Source: a bacterium (GTDB lineage: Bacteria; DRYD01). From it: a stretch of DNA of 64,000 nt. The translations under genes were made by a program, and so were the position numbers. The DNA is taken from contig JBCNVB010000026.1 of NCBI GenBank assembly GCA_039630415.1, forward strand, positions 1 through 64,000, given 5' to 3'. The first letter of the stretch is position 1. Each line of letters begins with the position of its first letter. Shown here piece after piece: positions 29,740 to 39,525 of this stretch. The notes beneath the pieces are model-generated. The model ran no database searches and was not told the DNA's origin. It saw nothing but the letters and a program-made list of their open reading frames with translations.

Positions 29740-30568
29740 GTTTTCTTACCTCCTTGTATGTAACGATTATTCTGTAAACCAACATTAGTTTTATTAAAAG
29801 AAGACAGATGAATGGGAAATATAGGTATAGGGATTCTTTGTTGAGGAGTATAAGTATTCCAAGTATGAATAGTTGAGTGGTTAAACCCATATTTACTGTC
29901 AGATTTAGGTAGTTTTTATTCCAGAAGACATGTGTATATTTGTTTGTCTTATCTATTTTTTTAAAGATATTTTCTTCTAGCCAGTATATTGACTTGTCTT
30001 GATACCCTAGCAGAAATTCATATAGTTTTGATAAAAGTTTGCATAAGTTGTTGTGTTCATTGTTATTGAACTGTAAGGTATCACTTTTTTTGTTTTTTTC
30101 TTTATACAGTCTTTCTAGGTTATAGTCATATGAGAGTACTATGGTTAGTGTATAGAAGCTAATTAGGCTAAGAGGAAGTAGGTTATGTTTAATCCCAATT
30201 ACGGTGAAAAGGAATAGGTTTCCCAGGTAATCCATAAGCGTGTCTAGGTATCTACCTAGGGTGGATTGTTGATTTTTGTATCTTGCTAATTGCCCATCTA
30301 GGTTGTCGAGTATAGTTTTTAGTTGTAATTTTAAAAAAGCTATCAGATCTAAAATGAGACTTTGTGAGTAAAAAATTAGAACTGATGCGGATAAAACAAG
30401 AAATGTATGAGTTATAACTATTGTTTCTGGTTTTATTTTTGTATCTTTTATAGCTATTAGTAAAATATGGGCAAGTGGTCTAAAGATCTGAATATTTAGT
30501 ATTTCTTCTACGGGTCTAGGTTTTACTGAATTTTTGAATATTGGATCATTCTTAAAAATCCATAGCAT
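29714..30568 (-). CDS. CDP-alcohol phosphatidyltransferase family protein
   Basis: DNLDGQLARYKNQQSTLGRYLDTLMD signature. Confidence 0.9.
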   Translation of the reverse strand: MLWIFKNDPIFKNSVKPRPVEEILNIQIFRPLAHILLIAIKDTKIKPETIVITHTFLVLSASVLIFYSQSLILDLIAFLKLQLKTILDNLDGQLARYKNQQSTLGRYLDTLMDYLGNLFLFTVIGIKHNLLPLSLISFYTLTIVLSYDYNLERLYKEKNKKSDTLQFNNNEHNNLCKLLSKLYEFLLGYQDKSIYWLEENIFKKIDKTNKYTHVFWNKNYLNLTVNMGLTTQLFILGILILLNKESLYLYFPFICLLLIKLMLVYRIIVTYKEVRKHGKNSNNS

Positions 30569-30569
30569 G

Positions 30570-31061
30570 CTAAATTAGTCCTTTTATAAGAGCTAAACAT
30601 ATAGCGCTAAGTGTTTTTGAATCTTCGATCTGATTTGTCGTTAATAAGTCTATTAGTTCTTCTTTAGTAAGTAATTTTATTTCAGTTATTTCTTGGTTAT
30701 CCATAGGTTTTAGGTCTGTAGGTGTTATGTCGAGATGGGTATAGTAAAGGTAGATAACTTCGTTGCAAAAGCCTGGTGTAGTGTATATTTTCCCGAGGAA
30801 GATAAGATCTTGTTGATTTACTTCTAATCCTACTTCTTCCTTTACTTCTCTGACGATACTATGGATAGGGTTTAAGTCGTTTTTATCTATTTTTCCGGCT
30901 GGTATTTCGAGAGTGAATTTATTTAGGGCTTTTCTGTATTGTTTAACAAGGATGAATTTATCTTTGATTTTGATAAGGCAGGCAGCTGCTCCGGGATGTT
31001 CTACCAATTCGTACCCCCCCTCCAAACGCAACTTTATCACCTTACCTTCGAAATAGTACAA
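30570..31061 (-). CDS. NUDIX hydrolase (ADP-ribose pyrophosphatase-like)
   Basis: VEHPGAA, KQYR, EIPAGKID...REVKEEVG, YTTPGF, DSKT. Confidence 0.92.
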   Translation of the reverse strand: MYYFEGKVIKLRLEGGYELVEHPGAAACLIKIKDKFILVKQYRKALNKFTLEIPAGKIDKNDLNPIHSIVREVKEEVGLEVNQQDLIFLGKIYTTPGFCNEVIYLYYTHLDITPTDLKPMDNQEITEIKLLTKEELIDLLTTNQIEDSKTLSAICLALIKGLI

Positions 31062-31149
31062 CTTTATTACACCTCCTATGTATTGTTATTCTATAACCAA
31101 CCGATAAATACTTCGTAAATTAACATATTTTTAACCCCATAAGCTAAGG

Positions 31150-31178
31150 TTTACTCATCTTGAGTGCAAAATTATAAT
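31150..31178 (+). promoter_or_regulatory. Putative sigma70 promoter with an inverted repeat overlapping -35/spacer
   Basis: TTTACT-17 nt-TATAAT; ACTCA-TCT-TGAGT at 31153-31165. Confidence 0.45.
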
Positions 31179-31200
31179 TAGGAAAAGCCTGTATTTATGA

Positions 31201-33030
31201 TTGAAAAAAAGTGAGGTTAATTGGACTATGAATAAGATAAATAGTGAATTAATATTTAACTTGTATATAAAATCAATAAACAAAAACTACAATATTCCAA
31301 TTGAACAAGCTCTGCAAATAAAAGATACCGTAAATGTTGTAAATACAATTGATCCATTTGATACGTCTCAGTATCAGATACTTACGAGTTTATTAGGATC
31401 AAGGTTGGTTCCTGATTTTGAATATTTATTTGTAACAGGTTTGTATTTTTCGCTAATGTCTACGATAGGTGGTGTAGCATATATACCTAAAGATTATATT
31501 CAACAGATAGCAAGTTTAATGTCATCAACTAAGGATCCGTTAAAAAAATTTCTTTTTGATGAAAAGAATAAATTCTTCATAGAGAAGCCTTTAAGTGTAT
31601 TTTCTACAACTACTCCTAGTAAGGTGTTTGAATTTTTAGGTAATAATTTTGTAGGTCAAGCACCATTCGTTGTTAAACCAGATCAACTACCAGATAGTGA
31701 AAAATTACTTGAATTATTAACTCGATCTCAACAAATAAATTTAGCTTTAAGTAAAACTCCTTTCCTAACTGAAATCTTAAAAAAAGAGATAATTAGTTTT
31801 CTTAACGAATTTTCTGGTTACTTCAGTAAGTCAGGTTATCTAAAGAGATTGATAGAAATCACGGAAAATAACTATATGACTAGAAATAATATAAACATTT
31901 GGAAAAAGCTGATAGAAAGCGCAATAAGTGTACTATCTTTTGTTAGTGAATTTACTAAACCTATTCAAATTAAGTCAGAAAAGGAATTAAAGGATTATTT
32001 TGGTTATTTAAATCTTCTGAATTGGGTTCAAAAGAATCCACATCAATTCTATCAAATTCAGCAGAATATAAAAGACGAACGATTTGCAAAACTTATTAGC
32101 AATTTCGTATCTAATGGTTACAACTTGTATTCCAATCGTGAAGAGCTAATAAAAACTGCTTGTAATAGTCTTTACTCTATAATAGTTGGCATAGTAGCTA
32201 GTCACTTTAAGAAAGCTATAAAGTCTGGGGATTTGAAAAATGGTGATGGATTTTATTTTCTACAACTTTACACTCTTTCCTCAGCTTTGATAGATATGAT
32301 AAACAATGGAAAAACCAATACCACACAGTTTTATAACATAAAATATAATCTAAAAAGTATGATGATTTCTAAAAGTTATCTTTTCCCGCTTGTACAGATA
32401 TTGGATAGTAATGATAACTCGGTAGTAATTTCTGCTTTAGAGGTAATAAGGAGAATAGGTCAGAAAGTAGCTCCGTGGGTGATACAAAAAAGTCCAAATA
32501 TGCCAAAAGATAAATCGTTCTGGCTCAGATTGAATCTATGGACTAAAATCTACCAATCTCTTGATAAAAATGATCCTAACTATCAACAATACAGAAACTA
32601 CATGATTAAAAAATTAAGAAGTATTCTAAACTCTTACTCTGATGCTGTGAAGTTAAATTCATTCCTTAACAACTTTATCATCAATCAGGAAAGCTTTGAT
32701 ATAGTTGTAAAGAATTTAGACAGCATGCTAAATACAATAGGTGGATATCCAATCGCAAGTACATACGAAAATCCAGATTATCTCTTCTCACAAGTGGTAA
32801 GACTTAATTTCTTGACTAATCAAAATGCAAATCAAAGCAATATAAAATACAAAAAGGATATGATACATAATGAATTCATAAATAAGATAATGCATAGGGA
32901 ACCTATTTTAAGTAAATTAGTCACAGACTATAATGAATATAATTTGAACTTGCGAAATAATCCTAATTTGAAAGATAATCTATACAAAGTTATACAAAAC
33001 TACTATCAAGCAAGTATGCATTACCTGTAA
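31201..33030 (+). CDS. Hypothetical alpha-helical protein (start may be ATG 31228)
   Basis: 609-codon ORF; no recognisable motif. Confidence 0.75.
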   Translation: MKKSEVNWTMNKINSELIFNLYIKSINKNYNIPIEQALQIKDTVNVVNTIDPFDTSQYQILTSLLGSRLVPDFEYLFVTGLYFSLMSTIGGVAYIPKDYIQQIASLMSSTKDPLKKFLFDEKNKFFIEKPLSVFSTTTPSKVFEFLGNNFVGQAPFVVKPDQLPDSEKLLELLTRSQQINLALSKTPFLTEILKKEIISFLNEFSGYFSKSGYLKRLIEITENNYMTRNNINIWKKLIESAISVLSFVSEFTKPIQIKSEKELKDYFGYLNLLNWVQKNPHQFYQIQQNIKDERFAKLISNFVSNGYNLYSNREELIKTACNSLYSIIVGIVASHFKKAIKSGDLKNGDGFYFLQLYTLSSALIDMINNGKTNTTQFYNIKYNLKSMMISKSYLFPLVQILDSNDNSVVISALEVIRRIGQKVAPWVIQKSPNMPKDKSFWLRLNLWTKIYQSLDKNDPNYQQYRNYMIKKLRSILNSYSDAVKLNSFLNNFIINQESFDIVVKNLDSMLNTIGGYPIASTYENPDYLFSQVVRLNFLTNQNANQSNIKYKKDMIHNEFINKIMHREPILSKLVTDYNEYNLNLRNNPNLKDNLYKVIQNYYQASMHYL

Positions 33031-33111
33031 AGGCTTTTTTGAAAAGGGATTATACATTTTCTGAAGAAAGTATTTGATAGAGAATGCTACAGTCAGAAAG
33101 GAGATTTTTAA

Positions 33112-34485
33112 ATGAAAAATGAAGTTTTTAGGTTTATCAATTTTACAATAAAAATCCTTGTCTTTTACTTTATAGTTTCTTTTGCTCTAGTAATTTTGTT
33201 ACTACCGATATACATTTTGTTGGATAAAGTCGGTATTATTTCAATGTTTAACTCAATTGTAGGTGTAAATGGTGGTATTTGGAAAAATTTTGGTACAATA
33301 GGTTATTTTATAGGCTTGTCGGTTGTTGCTTCGTTGATAATTTTAACTGTTTTAATGTTGAGTGTAATAATAGATGTTTGGATAGAGCGGAAGTTATCAG
33401 CAAAGATACAGGGTCGTATGGGACCTACTTTGGTAAACTTGCCATTCTTACTAAAGCCAGGATACAAAAACATATGGCTTGGAGGAATAATACAACCAAT
33501 AGCTGATGTGGTCAAGCTTCTTCAAAAGGAAATAATGATTCCACAAGGATCTTATCCATTTCTATATGTTTTATCACCAATACTAGCTTTTTGTACTGTA
33601 GTAATAGCTTTTGGGATGTTCCCGTTTTCAAATAATTACATAATACTGGGTGGTTTAGATATTGGATTATTGTTTATTTTTGCTGTGTCAAGCTATATGG
33701 TTTTGTCCTTAGTAATAGCTGCTTGGGCTTCTAATAACAAATACTCACTCTTAGGAGGACTTAGAACTGTAGCACAAATGTTAAGTTATGAAATACCTCT
33801 ACTGTTATCTTTCTTATCTGTTATGATTTTTACGGGAAGCTTTAAAATAGTGGATATAGTTAATTTTCAGAATCAATATTTTTGGTTAATTTTGTATCAA
33901 CCACTGATGTTTATAATATTCCTTTGGTCGATGGTAGCTGAGAATAATAGAGCTCCATTTGATTTACCCGAAGCTGAGTCGGAGCTTGTAGCAGGATTCG
34001 TCACTGAATACAGTAGTATGGTGTTTGCTCTATTTTATTTAGCAGAGTATGGATATCTATTTTTTAATAGTGCAATAATAGCAACCATATTTTTAGGGGG
34101 ATACTCTCTTATTCCACATTCAATTCTGAATCTTTTTGCACCCATACTTACAAAGCTAGGTATATACCAATATATTTTGGCTGTTAATGATAACTTTATA
34201 TGGATAATCTTAAAAACATTCTTAATCGTTGGGTTGATTATGTTCTTTAGATGGACTTATCCGAGGATAAGAATAGATCACTTAATGGACCTAGCTTGGA
34301 AAGGATTTATACCAATAACCCTGTTTCATATAATTGTAGCATCTGTTGATGTACTACTATTTAAATCCAATAGCTGGTTTATACCTGTACTTTGTTGGAT
34401 AACATTTATCGTAGTTCTCTATTTAGCTTCAATTAAAAATCTCAGATTGTCAAGTAAATATAAAAATATACCCAAGTATGCATAG
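33112..34485 (+). CDS. nuoH: NADH-quinone oxidoreductase subunit H with N-terminal hydrophobic extension
   Basis: ERKLSAKIQGRMGP, QPIADVVKLLQKE, SNNKYSLLGGLR, AQMLSYE, NRAPFDLPEAESELVAG, RWTYPRIRID. Confidence 0.96.
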   Translation: MKNEVFRFINFTIKILVFYFIVSFALVILLLPIYILLDKVGIISMFNSIVGVNGGIWKNFGTIGYFIGLSVVASLIILTVLMLSVIIDVWIERKLSAKIQGRMGPTLVNLPFLLKPGYKNIWLGGIIQPIADVVKLLQKEIMIPQGSYPFLYVLSPILAFCTVVIAFGMFPFSNNYIILGGLDIGLLFIFAVSSYMVLSLVIAAWASNNKYSLLGGLRTVAQMLSYEIPLLLSFLSVMIFTGSFKIVDIVNFQNQYFWLILYQPLMFIIFLWSMVAENNRAPFDLPEAESELVAGFVTEYSSMVFALFYLAEYGYLFFNSAIIATIFLGGYSLIPHSILNLFAPILTKLGIYQYILAVNDNFIWIILKTFLIVGLIMFFRWTYPRIRIDHLMDLAWKGFIPITLFHIIVASVDVLLFKSNSWFIPVLCWITFIVVLYLASIKNLRLSSKYKNIPKYA

Positions 34486-34517
34486 AATGTATGTTTATTG
34501 TGGGGGAAGGATGATAA

Positions 34518-36182
34518 TTGATGATAGGAACTTTGAATTTCCTAGCTGATTCTCTTCGAAGGCTCATAGAAGGGCTTAATATAACCTATAAGTACTTTCT
34601 AAAGGAACCGATATATACTGTAAACTATCCCATAACTATAAAAGAGCCTTTTGCAAGATGGAGGGGGAAGGTAAGAGTAAGAGCATTTAATACCAAAGAA
34701 ACTATATACAAAAGAACCAATTTCTTAAATTATTCATTCAATTTACCCCCATGTGTTAGAGGATGTCCTGCTAATGTGGATGCAAGAGGATATGTTATGT
34801 TAGCTGGTGAAAAGAATTTTCTAAAATCCCTCAATGAAGAAGTAGTAAATAACCCAATAGCTTTCTGCTTTGGGAATTTGTGTACAGCTCCATGTGAAAC
34901 AACATGTAGTAGGGGAGTACAAGACCATAAACCCATAGCTATAAGATTAATAAAGAAAGCCATAAGTGAGTATAACATATTAAGTCAGTATAAACAAGAT
35001 AAGACAGTAAAATATACGGTTGTTTGTGAACCTAGTAATAAAAGGATTGCTGTAATAGGTGCAGGACCTGCTGGAATAGCAGCAGCGCACAGACTCCTAA
35101 GATATGGCCACAACGTTGATGTTTTCGAAAAATATAACTTCTGTGGAGGTTATCTATACTCTGGAGTAGCATTTTTCAGATTAGATAAAGACCTTATGAA
35201 TAAAGAATATGAAAATCTGGTAACCTTTACACCAAACGGAAGAATATTTTACAATGTTACTGTAATCTCTGAAGAGGAAAAAGAAAAGTATTCTAGGGTA
35301 ATTACGGTTGATGATATAAAAGAAGCGAAAGAACAAATTAATCACTTAGAACCATGTGCTATTAGTTTCAGTGATTTGGAAAATAACTATGACGTTGTCA
35401 TAATAGCAGCTGGAGCAACTAAACCTAGAAAACTCAACCTAAAAAATGCTGAAAAAGTAAACCTAATTCAAGCAGAATGGTTCTTGGAAGATTGGAATAT
35501 GGGAATAAGAAGCTATAAAGTAGGAAAAGAAGTGGTAGTAATAGGAGGAGGAGGAACGGGAATAGACGCAGCTAGAACATGTAAAAAAGTATTTGCGGAT
35601 AAGGTAAAAATAGTAGATATACTTGCTAGAGAGGATATACCAGTAAGTGAAGAAGAAAAAGTAGAAGCTGAGGAAGATGATGATATAGAATTCATATGCC
35701 AGGTTATGCCTTTTGAAGTAGTGGTTGATGAAAATAATCAAATAAAGGGTTTAAAAGTTGCTAAATGTGTCTATGGACCAACTCTACCAAATGGAAGAAA
35801 AAAGATCATTAGAACTAACGAAGAATTTGTAATACCATGTGATACAATAATCCTAGCAGTTTCCAGAGATATAGAAATACCTTTTGCTCCAAAAGATATA
35901 GTAGGGCCAAGAGGAGAGATAGTAGTTGATGGATTTGATACTATGGTAAATGGATTTGTTTATAGATTCGGTCAAACAAAAAGAGAGAAAGTATTTGCTG
36001 CTGGGGAAGCATGTTATGGTCCTCAACCTGCTATAGTAGCTGTTGCTAGTGGTAATAGAACAGCTGAAAGAGTCCATTATTACTTAACTAATTCTTTTCC
36101 ACCTATACTAAGTAATGATTTTGTAAATATTTTGGGTCCTTTGAATGTACATAAGGTATATCAAAAGGCTGTTTCGTTTTAA
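34518..36182 (+). CDS. Fusion of the NuoI N-terminal segment and a GltD-like FAD/NAD(H) Fe-S oxidoreductase
   Basis: GLNITYKYFLK..YTVNYP..ARWRG (NuoI); PCVRGCP, LCTAPCETTCSRG; GAGPAG, GGGGTGID, VFAAGE..GP (GltD family). Confidence 0.85.
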   Translation: MMIGTLNFLADSLRRLIEGLNITYKYFLKEPIYTVNYPITIKEPFARWRGKVRVRAFNTKETIYKRTNFLNYSFNLPPCVRGCPANVDARGYVMLAGEKNFLKSLNEEVVNNPIAFCFGNLCTAPCETTCSRGVQDHKPIAIRLIKKAISEYNILSQYKQDKTVKYTVVCEPSNKRIAVIGAGPAGIAAAHRLLRYGHNVDVFEKYNFCGGYLYSGVAFFRLDKDLMNKEYENLVTFTPNGRIFYNVTVISEEEKEKYSRVITVDDIKEAKEQINHLEPCAISFSDLENNYDVVIIAAGATKPRKLNLKNAEKVNLIQAEWFLEDWNMGIRSYKVGKEVVVIGGGGTGIDAARTCKKVFADKVKIVDILAREDIPVSEEEKVEAEEDDDIEFICQVMPFEVVVDENNQIKGLKVAKCVYGPTLPNGRKKIIRTNEEFVIPCDTIILAVSRDIEIPFAPKDIVGPRGEIVVDGFDTMVNGFVYRFGQTKREKVFAAGEACYGPQPAIVAVASGNRTAERVHYYLTNSFPPILSNDFVNILGPLNVHKVYQKAVSF

Positions 36183-36207
36183 ATGTGGCTGGGAGTAGGA
36201 GGAAAAT

Positions 36208-36594
36208 ATGGCTAAAATACCAGAGTATGTAAGGCAGGCAGTGGATATAAATGAATATAGCATAGAAGAGGGTATAAGGTGTTTGAGTTGTGAGAGCGGA
36301 GTTTGTATAGCTTGTGGATACTGTGCACAAATATGTCCAGTAAAAGCAATAAGAATGGAGGTATTACAGGACGATCTTGGAAGAACAATAGTGGAAAAAT
36401 TTGAAATAAACGTAAGTGCATGTATATTTTGTGGGCTATGTGAACAAATATGTCCCACCAAAGTTATAGAAATGGAAAATACCTATGAATTTGCTGTTTA
36501 TAACCAACAGGATGTTGTAAGAATGGATGAATACTTTGAATACGATGAAAAAAAATCCTTCGATAAAAGAATAATTGTTAAAAACAAGAAATAA
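36208..36594 (+). CDS. NuoI C-terminal 2x[4Fe-4S] domain preceded by a GltD-type RCLxC motif
   Basis: EEGIRCLSC, CIACGYCAQICP, FEINVSACIFCGLCEQICP, YEFAVY; own AGGAGG RBS. Confidence 0.85.
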   Translation: MAKIPEYVRQAVDINEYSIEEGIRCLSCESGVCIACGYCAQICPVKAIRMEVLQDDLGRTIVEKFEINVSACIFCGLCEQICPTKVIEMENTYEFAVYNQQDVVRMDEYFEYDEKKSFDKRIIVKNKK

Positions 36595-36598
36595 TAGA

Positions 36599-37321
36599 AT
36601 GCCAAGAAAAAAAGTAACCAAGAATATTAGAAGAATCACCGAAAAAAGCGTTGACAAAGAAATAGGAGAGGGAATTTTCTCAGCTAATCAATTGGAACAG
36701 CAAAAAGATGAAGAATTAGTAGAACTTGCAAAACAAGGAAATTTAGAGGCTAAAAAGATTCTAATACAAAGATATTCAAAATTCCTGTTTTCCAAAGTGA
36801 TACCTTTTTACATACCTGGTGGAGAGAGAGAGGATATAATACAGGAAGCATACATTGGCTTTTTGAAAGCTATAGAAGATTTTGATAAAAATAAAGGTAG
36901 TTTTTTCAACTTTGTAAATATATGTGTACAAAGACAGATAACTACTGCAATAAAATCATCAAATAGAAATAAATCAAAAGTATTAAGGAATCCTATATCT
37001 CTTGAATCTAGCATTTTTGATGAGGATTCTGGAGAGAAGAGTCTTTATGATTATATTATGCCGTCAAAAATTATTCAAGGATCTTATCAGGAAATCTCTA
37101 TTGAGGATGCCATTATAGATTTCATAGAAAAAAATCAAATAAAAGAAACTCTATTATCAAGGCTAACTCCAAAAGAAAAAGAAATTTTGAAGTTAAGGTC
37201 TCAGGGATTAACATACCAGGAAATAGCAAACAAAATGAATATTTCCTCTAAATCAGTTGATAATGCTTTACAAAGAATAAGAAAGAAAATAAAAAACTTA
37301 ATAGATAACATGGAGGTATAG
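36599..37321 (+). CDS. RNA polymerase sigma factor, SigH (Spo0H)-like
   Basis: REDIIQEAYIGFLKAIEDFD, CVQRQITTAIKSSNR, TYQEIA, KSVDNALQRIRKK; start uncertain (36575 or 36599). Confidence 0.85.
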   Translation: MPRKKVTKNIRRITEKSVDKEIGEGIFSANQLEQQKDEELVELAKQGNLEAKKILIQRYSKFLFSKVIPFYIPGGEREDIIQEAYIGFLKAIEDFDKNKGSFFNFVNICVQRQITTAIKSSNRNKSKVLRNPISLESSIFDEDSGEKSLYDYIMPSKIIQGSYQEISIEDAIIDFIEKNQIKETLLSRLTPKEKEILKLRSQGLTYQEIANKMNISSKSVDNALQRIRKKIKNLIDNMEV

Positions 37322-37322
37322 T

Positions 37323-38531
37323 ATGCAGGTATTTCCTTATACAGAGGAATCTATACAAAAGGCTAAAGAGTATTTCAAGGATTTAATTATCGAACAATTC
37401 AAGAGGATAGAAAAAATAAAGGAGAATAGAGAAATAACTGACTTTACTACTTTAAGGCCTATAAAGATAGGCTTTATTGGTGGAGATGGTATTGGCCCCT
37501 ATATTGTAAAAGAGGCTAGAAGAATTTTAGAAATACTTCTAAAGGATGAATTAGAAAGAAAAGAAATAATTTTTGAAGATATTGAAGGGTTAACTATTGA
37601 AAGAAGAATAGAGGTTGGAAAACCAGTACCTGATGATGTGATGCAGAAGATACTTGAATGTAACGCACTTTTGAAGGGACCAACGACAACTCCAAAGGCT
37701 GGTGAGGGTGTTCCTAACATAGAAAGTGCTAACGTATACCTGAGAAAAGTGCTTGATTTATTCGCAAATGTAAGACCAATAAGTATACCTAATGAAAATA
37801 TAAACTGGGTCTTTTTTAGGGAAAACACTGAAGATATATATACCTTGGGATCTAAGGGTATAGAGTTCGAGAACTACCTCGGTATTGATTTCAGGATAAC
37901 TAGTTATATTGGAAGCTATAGGATAATAAAAATGGCTTTTGAATATGCAAGAAAAAACGGATATAACAGAGTAACAGCGGTAAATAAGGCGAATGTCATA
38001 AAGACTACCGATGGAATATTTCTTAAAGTTTTTTATGATGTTGCAAAAGAATATCCAGATATACAAGCAGATGATTGGTTTATAGACATTATGACAGCTA
38101 AATTAATTGATAAAAAGAGAAGATCAGAATTTCAAATATTTGTTTTACCTAATTTATTTGGGGATATACTTACTGATGAGGCTGCTGAAATTCAGGGTGG
38201 GGTTGGAACTGCCGGATCAGCTAACATCGGGGCAAATTATGCTATGTTTGAAGCTATTCATGGTAGTGCACCCAGAATGGTGCAGGAAAATAGGCAACAC
38301 TATGCAGATCCATCTAGTATAATTAAAGCTTCTTCTATGCTTTTAGAATACATAGGTTATAAAACTATTGCTACTAAAATAGATATAGCTCTCAATGTTG
38401 CTAGTATTGAAAGGAAGGTAGTTATAACAGGAAGAAATGATGGGGCTACTACCAGACAATACGCTGACTACTTACTTTCTCTTATAACTGATCCTTACCT
38501 TGAAGAAAAGTACTTTAAATATCTCAAGTAA
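37323..38531 (+). CDS. Isocitrate/isopropylmalate dehydrogenase family, probably isocitrate dehydrogenase
   Basis: GDGIGP, KGPTTTP, SANVYLR, RENTED, KANV, PNLFGDILTD, FEAIHGSAP; next to mdh and citrate synthase. Confidence 0.88.
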   Translation: MQVFPYTEESIQKAKEYFKDLIIEQFKRIEKIKENREITDFTTLRPIKIGFIGGDGIGPYIVKEARRILEILLKDELERKEIIFEDIEGLTIERRIEVGKPVPDDVMQKILECNALLKGPTTTPKAGEGVPNIESANVYLRKVLDLFANVRPISIPNENINWVFFRENTEDIYTLGSKGIEFENYLGIDFRITSYIGSYRIIKMAFEYARKNGYNRVTAVNKANVIKTTDGIFLKVFYDVAKEYPDIQADDWFIDIMTAKLIDKKRRSEFQIFVLPNLFGDILTDEAAEIQGGVGTAGSANIGANYAMFEAIHGSAPRMVQENRQHYADPSSIIKASSMLLEYIGYKTIATKIDIALNVASIERKVVITGRNDGATTRQYADYLLSLITDPYLEEKYFKYLK

Positions 38532-38568
38532 TACTGGCAAAATATTTTTAACATAAGGGGGGAAGAAG

Positions 38569-39525
38569 ATGATGGCTTTTAAAATCTCTATAGTTGGGGC
38601 GGGTAATGTAGGAGCTACTTTAGCTTTAATGTTAGCACAACATGAAATGTGTAATACTGTTGTAATGATAGATGTAATTCAAGACATGCCCAAAGGAAAA
38701 GCTCTTGATATGATGCAAATGTTATCACTATATGGATCGGATGTAAAAGTAATAGGCTCAAATTCGTATGATGCTCTTGAAAATAGTGATATGGTCATTG
38801 TCACGGCGGGAGTAGCTAGAAAACCTTCAATGTCAAGAGAGGATTTATTAACCACAAATGCTTCTATCGTTAAGGAAGTTTCTGAAAACATTTCAAGATA
38901 TTGTTCTCCTGAAACTATAGTCATAGTAGTTTCCAATCCGTTAGATGTTATGACTTACTTAACTTACAAGATACTATCTTCTAGAGGATGGGCCAGAGAA
39001 AAAATTATGGGAATGGCAGGCGTTCTAGATACAGCAAGATTTAAATATTTCATATCCCAAAAAATAAATGTTTCTAATGAAAATATAGAGGCATTGGTTT
39101 TAGGTAGTCATGGTGATACTATGGTTCCCATAATAAGTCACACTACTGTAGGTGGTATACCTTTAAGAAGATTGCTTAAGCAGGAAGAAATAGATTATTT
39201 AGTTGAGAAAACGAGAAATGGTGGAGCTGAAATAGTTTCTTTATTAAAAACTGGTTCTGCATACTATGCGCCCGCTGCCTCCACTCTCACTATGATAAAA
39301 TCCATCTTATTCGATAAAAAACAAATCTTACCAGTATCTGTTTACTGTAAAGGTGAATACGGATATAATGATCTCGTAATAGGTCTTCCAGTAGTATTAT
39401 CCAGGAATGGAATAGATAAGATAGTTGAAATACAACTTGATGATAATGAAAAGCAACAATTAGATAAATCTGCTCAAAAAATAGAAGCTCTTTGTAAGGA
39501 ACTCTATACACTAAATTTGGTTTGA
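38569..39525 (+). CDS. mdh: Malate dehydrogenase (LDH-like)
   Basis: GAGNVG, TAGVARKPSMSREDL, SNPLD, LDTARF, GSHGD, GSAYYAP. Confidence 0.95.
   Translation: MMAFKISIVGAGNVGATLALMLAQHEMCNTVVMIDVIQDMPKGKALDMMQMLSLYGSDVKVIGSNSYDALENSDMVIVTAGVARKPSMSREDLLTTNASIVKEVSENISRYCSPETIVIVVSNPLDVMTYLTYKILSSRGWAREKIMGMAGVLDTARFKYFISQKINVSNENIEALVLGSHGDTMVPIISHTTVGGIPLRRLLKQEEIDYLVEKTRNGGAEIVSLLKTGSAYYAPAASTLTMIKSILFDKKQILPVSVYCKGEYGYNDLVIGLPVVLSRNGIDKIVEIQLDDNEKQQLDKSAQKIEALCKELYTLNLV

Noticed and set aside
29714-30568. Di-myo-inositol-phosphate synthase call for the CDP-alcohol transferase
   Set aside because: Only the generic family motif is visible and there is no adjacent inositol-phosphate cytidylyltransferase
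31081-31107. Sigma28-like promoter (ACCGATAA)
   Set aside because: No TAAA -35 element at the correct spacing
34518-36182. Plain glutamate synthase small subunit (gltD) annotation
   Set aside because: No gltB nearby, and the NuoI-like N-terminus and position after nuoH point to a respiratory role
36171-36210. Programmed frameshift at GTTTTAAA joining the GltD-like ORF to the Fe-S ORF
   Set aside because: The downstream frame has TAG at 36196 before ATG 36208, and that ATG has its own AGGAGG RBS
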